Of a DNA stretch of 64,000 nt, positions 58,269 through 64,000 are shown piece after piece. Under the pieces are notes generated by a model. That model had not been told where the DNA came from, did no database searches, and saw only the letters and a program-made list of their open reading frames with translations. A program made the translations under genes and the position numbers. Source of the DNA: an uncultured Candidatus Saccharibacteria bacterium (GTDB lineage: Bacteria > Patescibacteriota > Minisyncoccia > Phycocordibacterales > UBA9973). Positions within the stretch are counted from its first letter, which is position 1, and the number at the start of each line of letters is the position of its first letter. The DNA is taken from positions 8,034 through 72,033 of the forward strand of contig CAYLQJ010000001.1 in NCBI GenBank assembly GCA_964385945.1. The letters run 5' to 3'.

Positions 58269-59988
58269 GTGAAAATGATATATAATGTAAGTATTAAGAT
58301 GAAAAATAACGAAAAAACTAAAAACTGTATAATCTACTGTCGCGTAAGTTCCTCCAAACAAGCACAACAAGGCGAAAGTCTAGAACTACAAGAAAAAATA
58401 TGTACTGAGATTGCTCAGAAGACTGGATTAAAGGTTATCCATGTTTTTAAAGAGTCATTTTCTGGAAGAAAAGAAGAAAGACCACTGATAGACGAGGCCT
58501 TTGCTTACATAAAAGCAAACCCAAAAAAAATAGACGTATTCATAATACGTGCGATAGACAGATTCACCAGAGGTGGCACGCTTGGATATGAAAGCTTAGT
58601 TAAATTCTTAAGAACGCATGGAGTTACCCTAATAGACAGTTGCGGAATCATACAGCCTGCTCAAAACACATTAGGTCATTTGGACATTGAGTACGACTGG
58701 AGTATTACTCGTCCAAGTGAAATAACTGAACTTGTCATGGCCCAACAAGGCAAACATGAAGTCACTCAAATACTAACCAGAACAATAGGAGCAGAAATAG
58801 CCTTGGTTAGAGATGGCTACCATATTGGACCTCCAAGAGAAGGTTATATTAATGCAAAACTTTCACTTGAATGAAAGAAAAAAGCCCATCCAAGTTCCAG
58901 ACCCAACCTCTGCTCCATTTTTTGTCAAAATGTTTGAATTAAGAGGCGCTGGAGCCCACACAGACCAGGAAATAGTAGATCAGATAAATGCCATGGGTTA
59001 CAAATCTAAAACGAGACATAAGTGGTCGACAGGCAAAGAAAGAGTCGTTGGCACAACAGGTGGAATAAAGTTAACTATCCAACATTTACAGAGCATCATA
59101 TCCAACCCTATCTATTGTGGAGTTAATAACGGGGTATGGAACATAAAACCCATTAAAACAAAATATCCTGGTCTAGTAACCATTGAAGCCTTTAATAGAG
59201 CAAATAAAGGTAAAAAATTTATAGAAGAAAAACTAGATGGCAGTATTACCATCCACAAAGACTACAATCCTCATAGTTTAAAGAGAACAAAAGACAACCT
59301 ACAGTTCCCTTTCAAATCTGTAGTTCTTTGCCCCGAATGCAATAAACCATTTTTAGGTAGTTTCTCCAAAGGTAAGTCTGGAGCAAAATTCCCTTTTTAT
59401 CACTGTTCTAGAAAACATAAGTATTTGGGGGTAAATAAAAACAAACTAGAAGTAGGACTCGCTTACTTTCTAAATAACCTAAAATATGAAACAAGATTTA
59501 TCGAAAGTTTCGAGTTCATGCTCACGGACAAGTACAAAGAGAAGAAAAAAGAACTAGGTGACTTTTCCAGCAAAGTTACAATAAATATCGAAGAATTAGA
59601 AATAGAAAAAATAAATAAAATTGACGCTTTTACAAGCACTCAAAATGCAATAATACGAAAAGAGATAGAGAAGCAAATCGAAAAACTAGAGAAACAAATA
59701 GCAGATGCTAGAACTGAAATAAGTAAAATAAACGTAACCGAACATGATATAAAGTCATTCATTAAATACACAAAATATTTAATGGAACACCCTGAAAAAA
59801 TGCTTATAAAGCAAAAGAATCTTACTATTTTAAAAGCTCTTTTTGGGTTAGTTTTTGATGAACTACCAACCTATACAGAAATAGTTAATGGAACACCTAA
59901 ATTATCTTTAGCCTACAAGCTATCTAACGAGTTTAAGGATGATAAATCCTTCGCTGCGGACTTGATGTTTGGATTTCAGAACTTTTGA
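58269..59988 (+). pseudogene. large serine recombinase disrupted by a +1 frame change near 58860-58880
   Basis: Frame 1 gives the catalytic domain (IIYCRVSSSKQ...GYHIGPPREGYINAKLSLE*). Frame +1 continues with the recombinase domain and zinc ribbon (CPECNKPF...YHCSRKHK) and coiled-coil, ending ...ADLMFGFQNF* inside core repeat A. Confidence 0.7.
59955..59984. repeat. core repeat copy A (TGCGGACTTGATGTTTGGATTTCAGAACTT) inside the 3' end of the recombinase gene; right flank type R1 to ~60020
   Basis: Core + 35-bp right flank nearly identical to 62971-63037. Confidence 0.8.
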
Positions 59989-60097
59989 AAAGTCGTGATT
60001 TAGTCAGAATTAGTATTAATAATATTTAAATAAAAATAATAAAAGGCTGAACGTTTTCACGAACAGCCTAAATAAATTCTATACTATTTTATAGTTA

Positions 60098-60559
60098 TTA
60101 CTCTTTACCGTTACGAGGTTCGAGTAGTATGTTTGGTACATTCACCTCACCAGTATATACTTTTGTATTACTTTTAGGGCTTTTTGAGAAAAGTTCTAAT
60201 GTCAATACAGGATGTCCACTTCCACTTACACCTCCCATAATTCTAAAACCAGTCCAATTAATTTTTTTATCTACATTAGTAATTTCAATTAAAAAATTAA
60301 ATAACTTTTCAGTCTTTGTTTGACGAATAATACCTTCAATATCAAAATATCCTGGCCCTTGACCTAAGTGTTCTTTAAAACAAAAATACGCATGATCAGA
60401 ATATGTTTGAAGATTATCTACGCCAATAAGTAGATCATCTTCAGCGTAAGTATCTGGAAAATTATATTGAACTAAAAACATATAACGTGCTTTACTAAAT
60501 GCTCCAAGTTGTAAAGGTCTATAAGGTTCAGCAGGATAAACCTTGAGTAAGTTTGCCAT
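60098..60559 (-). CDS. hypothetical protein (array gene 1)
   Basis: 153-aa ORF between core copies A and B. Confidence 0.4.
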   Translation of the reverse strand: MANLLKVYPAEPYRPLQLGAFSKARYMFLVQYNFPDTYAEDDLLIGVDNLQTYSDHAYFCFKEHLGQGPGYFDIEGIIRQTKTEKLFNFLIEITNVDKKINWTGFRIMGGVSGSGHPVLTLELFSKSPKSNTKVYTGEVNVPNILLEPRNGKE

Positions 60560-60703
60560 TTTTTATATTTTAAAAAATTAAAAAATTTGTCTAAGGACAA
60601 TATCAAATAATCTATACCATATTTTTACAAAAAAAGCAAATTCTTTAACAGAGTAATTCTCATAGAGAAAACAACCAAGTTCACAACATTCACAATGTTC
60701 ACG

Positions 60704-60762
60704 AGCGGGCTTGAGGTGTGGACCCAGTCACTCGAGAGTAACGGGTTAAAATTTCAGAACTT
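60704..60762. repeat. core repeat copy B, split by a 29-bp insertion (CCCAGTCACTCGAGAGTAACGGGTTAAAA)
   Basis: AGCGGGCTTGAGGTGTGGA ... TTTCAGAACTT. Preceded by three tandem heptamers TTCACAA / TTCACAA / TTCACGA at 60680-60703. Confidence 0.7.
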
Positions 60763-60787
60763 ATAAATAACCATGAATTAGTAAAAT

Positions 60788-61216
60788 TTACCCTTCATTT
60801 TGAAATTCTGAAAAAGTAATTCCTTTTAAGTAATCATTAATAGCAGACCTGACAGAAGGCACCATATTTTCTGGTAATTCCTTAAGTGGAACCCATCTCA
60901 ACTCATCACACTTCTCTGGTTCTTTATTCTCTGGTTCTATGCCCTTATATTCGGATACAAAAAAGAAGTCAATATATTGAGACATTCTGTGCATCGTATG
61001 AACCAGCTTAATATCTTCTGGTTTTAGTAATAAACCAATCTCCTCTTCTACTTCTCTTGATAACCCTTGTGAGATTGTTTCATTTGGGTCCAAATGTCCA
61101 GCAGGCAAACTATAGTTACCATCTTGCCAACCAGTATTACACCTTCGGGATAAAAGTATCTTATCTTCTTTTATTAAAAATAAATAAACAGCAACTTTGA
61201 GTTTTAATCTTTCCAT
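60788..61216 (-). CDS. NUDIX hydrolase (array gene 2)
   Basis: Nudix box GHLDPNETISQGLSREVEEEIGL. Extended -10 TGGTATAAT only 7 nt upstream of the ATG, so near-leaderless. Confidence 0.75.
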   Translation of the reverse strand: MERLKLKVAVYLFLIKEDKILLSRRCNTGWQDGNYSLPAGHLDPNETISQGLSREVEEEIGLLLKPEDIKLVHTMHRMSQYIDFFFVSEYKGIEPENKEPEKCDELRWVPLKELPENMVPSVRSAINDYLKGITFSEFQNEG

Positions 61217-61294
61217 AATTTGTATTATACCAAAAGTTCGGAATTACACTACGGTATACAAACTTAGACCCATAAATATATAGGTTTTATGATG

Positions 61295-61323
61295 TGCGGG
61301 CTTGAGGTTTGGATTTCAGAACT
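61295..61323. repeat. core repeat copy C; right flank type R2 (TTAATTAAATTAAGTATT)
   Basis: TGCGGGCTTGAGGTTTGGATTTCAGAACT. Confidence 0.8.
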
Positions 61324-61386
61324 AATAAAGAGCTATACTTTAATTAAATTAAGTATTCAAAACCTTACAATAAACGAATAAACCCG

Positions 61387-61764
61387 TCACGATCGTGGCG
61401 GGTTTTTATGTAAATTTGGTAAAATAATAAATTTAACAAGGAAAATCATAGCTACTATCCCGATTGCATACATTATTAAACTATCAGGAATAATTATACC
61501 GAAAAAAAATTCTACATAATGAGAAATAAATCCAGTATCATATTGACTTAAGTTTGCCTGACTCTTGAGATAATTTTCAAGAATCATTAACGGACACCTT
61601 CCTTCTGTTGCAAGATAGTACCACTGAATAATAAACATAGGGATTGCAGGTATAATATACCATTTAGCTTCTTTGACTTTTTTTGTAGGAATAAGCAAAA
61701 CAGATAAAAAATATACAGTGACAGCACCATGCAATAGTGCTACAAGGTTTGCTAACGTATTCAT
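61387..61764 (-). CDS. small membrane protein, possibly DUF2784-like (array gene 3)
   Basis: 125 aa, 3 TM helices, GRCPLMILE motif. Confidence 0.45.
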   Translation of the reverse strand: MNTLANLVALLHGAVTVYFLSVLLIPTKKVKEAKWYIIPAIPMFIIQWYYLATEGRCPLMILENYLKSQANLSQYDTGFISHYVEFFFGIIIPDSLIMYAIGIVAMIFLVKFIILPNLHKNPPRS

Positions 61765-61796
61765 TATTTTTATTATTTAATTGTTTAAAAAAAAAT

Positions 61797-61997
61797 TATT
61801 AAGTTCTTTTAATCCCCACAAAGAAACTAAGAGAACCTAACAAAATTTAATAATTAAATACAATATCAAAGAACCCTACTATTTCAAATAGAATAACATA
61901 TTTTAGTATTTTGTCAACTGCGGGCTTGAGGTTTGGATTTCAGAACTTATAAAAAACCACACATTAATTAAATTAAGTATTAAAAATATTAAAACTA
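61797..61997. repeat. core repeat copy D with full left module L1 (61797-61918), core (61919-61948) and R2 flank
   Basis: Left module is ~85% identical to 63784-63905. On the gene strand the core abuts TTGACA-N16-TGTTATTCT. Confidence 0.8.
61885..61918 (-). promoter_or_regulatory. candidate sigma70-type promoter inside repeat module L1 (-35 TTGACA, extended -10 TGTTATTCT)
   Basis: Reverse complement of 61885-61918 reads TTGACAAAATACTAAAATATGTTATTCT; a TATTTCAAATA palindrome lies just downstream. Confidence 0.4.
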
Positions 61998-62070
61998 GCT
62001 AAAATAAAAAGTCTCTACTCCATAAAGAAGTAAAGACTATTTAAAAAATTAGTGAATTCAGAGAACAGAA

Positions 62071-62646
62071 TTATGATTTTTGTATTCCTACAAGATAAAA
62101 ATCTCCATACCAACAAGTAAAATCTTTACCTAAGAAGGACATATTAAATAAATTATCTGACAGGTACAATCCTGGTATTACTTGTGTATTTGGTTTGTGC
62201 GGCATATTGTACGGAGGTATTTCATCTGCGTCAATCCCCCCAAAAGGTGTTCCAAATTTATCTGTAATCTTATTTGCCATCCGAACAAAGAAGGTTGGTG
62301 ACAGCAACCATCCATCAATATCAATTTCCTCTCGTTTGTTCCTTTCAAATAAAGAGTAAAGCACAGGTAATCCTCCATAATCTAGACCGTTTTCTGATAA
62401 GAATTTTCTACAATCCGAGACCTCTATTTCCTTAGGGTTGTTTACTTTAAAAATTGAAGCTATTTTTCTTTCTGAAACTAGCTGCATTTCATTTTGGTCA
62501 CAGTTTAACACATTAAAGTAATACCACAAAAACGAAAAACTTCTTTTTTTGGAAACATCACGCTCCCATTGATCGTCTACAATTGCTTTCGGGTTAATTT
62601 CCGTTAAAGGAAAAATTTCAATTTTTTTTATCAATTCAAATTCCAT
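62071..62646 (-). CDS. hypothetical protein (array gene 4)
   Basis: About 190-aa ORF; likely start MEFELIKK. Confidence 0.4.
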   Translation of the reverse strand: MEFELIKKIEIFPLTEINPKAIVDDQWERDVSKKRSFSFLWYYFNVLNCDQNEMQLVSERKIASIFKVNNPKEIEVSDCRKFLSENGLDYGGLPVLYSLFERNKREEIDIDGWLLSPTFFVRMANKITDKFGTPFGGIDADEIPPYNMPHKPNTQVIPGLYLSDNLFNMSFLGKDFTCWYGDFYLVGIQKS

Positions 62647-62671
62647 TTTATATGTATTATTTTTTTGCAAT

Positions 62672-63037
62672 ATTGCTCTCTAAAAACCATAAAATGACTT
62701 CCAGGAAGCAATATACAAAATAACACAATCAAAATATCAAAGAACTCTAATATTTCAAGTAGAATAACATATTTTAGGATTTTGTCAACTGCGGGCGATG
62801 AGAGAATCAGTCAGGAATAATTTTGTTTTCGTCAAAACAAAATTTTCACGACCCTGGCTCACTTCTTTTTTGTGCTCAAAAAATATAGTTCCGCCTTTCG
62901 ATTCCTCACACAGGCAAAGTAGTTTGCCTGCTATCGCCCAACAAAAAAACAGCTTATCCTGTTCTTTTTTTGCGGACTTGATGTTTGGATTTCAGAACTT
63001 TTAAGGAGTCGTGCTTTGGTTGAGGTTAGTGTGAAAG
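62672..63037. repeat. core repeat copy E: L1-like left module + half core TGCGGGC (62790-62796), 174-bp insertion (62797-62970), then TGCGGAC-core remainder and R1 flank (62971-63037)
   Basis: The insertion is bracketed by TGCGGGC / TGCGGAC. The right part is a near copy of A (59955-60020). Confidence 0.75.
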
Positions 63038-63176
63038 ACTTAAGTCCCCTATCAAGTTCACAATATGCGTAATTTCACGGAAATGTTTTAAATTATTAAG
63101 ATTTTTCAAAAGGTGACATCTCAGAAATAATAAAAAAGAAAACCCACTACTGCAGATTTTCTTGCAATAGCGGGTA

Positions 63177-63752
63177 TTATTTTTGTTTCAAACAAAAAAT
63201 GAAAATATCTCCTCTGTGCCAAAATTGGTGTTTGTCATTTATATACCAACTCAGTTTTGTAATATCCGTGGTATTCCCGACTGCTCTATTACCTCTACTG
63301 AGAAATAAACTCAGACCAAAATGATTATTATCTATCTTAACTGATTCTCTGGTAACAAATAAATTACGTTGTATAAGTGCACCTTCATTTAATCTTTGAT
63401 AACCAAGTGTTGCATGTGCGGCGATTTCATACGGACATTCACTGACGATATACTTTATACCATCCAGCTCTACAACCGAACCAAGTGCTTTATTAACGAT
63501 AGTTTGATAATTTATGTATTTATTATCATCTTTTATGTTAAGCAAGCCTATGGAAGTTGTAATGAGTATGAGTTCATTTTGTACTGGATGCGTAATAAAA
63601 CTTCTGTTCTTAATCATAGGAATAGTATCCTCAGTTACAAGATCTTTATTAATAAGTTGATTAAGTATTTCTTCCTTACTTATTCCTCCATAAACACATT
63701 TTCCCAGAACTCTAAATTCTGAGTCGTTGTTAAATGACTTTATTGTTTTCAT
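63177..63752 (-). CDS. hypothetical protein (array gene 5)
   Basis: 191-aa ORF preceded on its strand by the conserved L1 module. Confidence 0.4.
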   Translation of the reverse strand: MKTIKSFNNDSEFRVLGKCVYGGISKEEILNQLINKDLVTEDTIPMIKNRSFITHPVQNELILITTSIGLLNIKDDNKYINYQTIVNKALGSVVELDGIKYIVSECPYEIAAHATLGYQRLNEGALIQRNLFVTRESVKIDNNHFGLSLFLSRGNRAVGNTTDITKLSWYINDKHQFWHRGDIFIFCLKQK

Positions 63753-63783
63753 TTTTTATATTTTAAATTGTTATAAATTATTT

Positions 63784-63935
63784 ATTAAGTTCTCTTAAAT
63801 CCCATAAAGAAACTAAGAGAACCTAACAAAATCTAACAATCAAATCCCATATAAAGAACCCTACTATTTCAAATAGAATAACATATTTTAGGATTTTGTC
63901 AATTGCGGGCTTGATGTTTGGATTTCAGAACTTTT
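63784..63935. repeat. core repeat copy F with full L1 module (core 63906-63935, TGCGGGCTTGATGTTTGGATTTCAGAACTT)
   Basis: Near-identical to D; the array probably continues beyond the window. Confidence 0.8.
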
Positions 63936-64000
63936 AAAAAATGACTCTTTGATTAAATCAAATATTATCAATTTTAAAAAATAAAAAAGGTAACTTATAA

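Noticed and set aside
58850-58885. Programmed -1 ribosomal frameshift at A AAA AAG in the recombinase
   Set aside because: The downstream frame is +1 relative to the upstream frame, and the upstream-frame stop precedes the slippery run. The geometry is wrong for -1 slippage.
62798-63004. 68-aa plus-strand ORF ending ADLMFGFQNF
   Set aside because: The shared C-terminus with the recombinase is a by-product of translating the core repeat in the same frame. The ORF lies inside the 174-bp insertion and the repeat, so it is probably not a gene.
1-64000. Alternative genetic code (UGA=Gly/Trp) for this low-GC genome
   Set aside because: Long ORFs of 735, 2661, 557, 542 and 503 aa are uninterrupted under the standard code. 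Only the NADAR gene shows an in-frame TGA.
59955-64000. Classical integron (IntI tyrosine integrase + attC array)
   Set aside because: No tyrosine recombinase is present. Repeats lack recognisable R''/L''-L'/R' attC symmetry and each carries a promoter. The associated recombinase is a serine recombinase at the distal, convergent end.
59955-64000. CRISPR array
   Set aside because: Repeat spacing is 590-935 bp with full-length genes in between, not 30-40-bp spacers. Repeats are imperfect and not palindromic CRISPR-like.

Overview
The window is a low-GC (about one third G+C) bacterial chromosomal segment read with the standard genetic code. Long ORFs are intact, so there is no evidence of UGA recoding. 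All calls rest on motif reading only; no database search was possible.

About half is a housekeeping backbone. It includes a MacB-like ABC exporter, an exported MsrA with thioredoxin-like and CcdA partners, seryl-tRNA synthetase, DnaX, Dus, an FtsQ-like protein, DprA, TopA, a short Rel/SpoT, ParB, MiaA, DedA, YhhQ, tRNA-Gln(UUG) and tRNA-Leu(CAA). It also carries an unusual HTH-MurA fusion.

Four accessory blocks interrupt the backbone:
1. A 9.4-13.4 kb islet lies downstream of tRNA-Gln, which is flanked by partial copies of its own ends. The islet holds small minus-strand genes: an NADAR gene with an in-frame TGA, HIT, YbjQ, ASCH, and an Lnu(A)-like nucleotidyltransferase. They are separated by a REP-like hairpin repeat family.
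2. A polymorphic-toxin locus comprises a 2661-aa secreted SpvB/FG-GAP/RHS protein with two downstream immunity-like genes. A related orphan RHS C-terminal/immunity module sits 12 kb away, next to a 3' remnant of a large serine recombinase that truncates an FN3/peptidoglycan-binding surface-protein gene.
3. Between those two RHS modules is an ~11-kb phage-like integrative island (36.3-47.4 kb). It carries a Gabija-like pair (GajA OLD-family ATPase/TOPRIM nuclease and GajB UvrD-like helicase) tightly followed by an Rx4HxY HEPN-motif gene. It also has a ParB-domain DNA methyltransferase, TerS/TerL, a bacterial PH-domain membrane protein and two tandem large serine recombinases.
4. At 58.3-64 kb a frameshifted large serine recombinase ends inside the first copy of a conserved 30-bp core repeat. 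That repeat then punctuates an array of five small unrelated minus-strand genes, one per interval. Their flanks are combinatorially shuffled and one copy is split by a 174-bp insertion. This is a candidate novel serine-recombinase-associated gene-cassette or promoter-repeat array.
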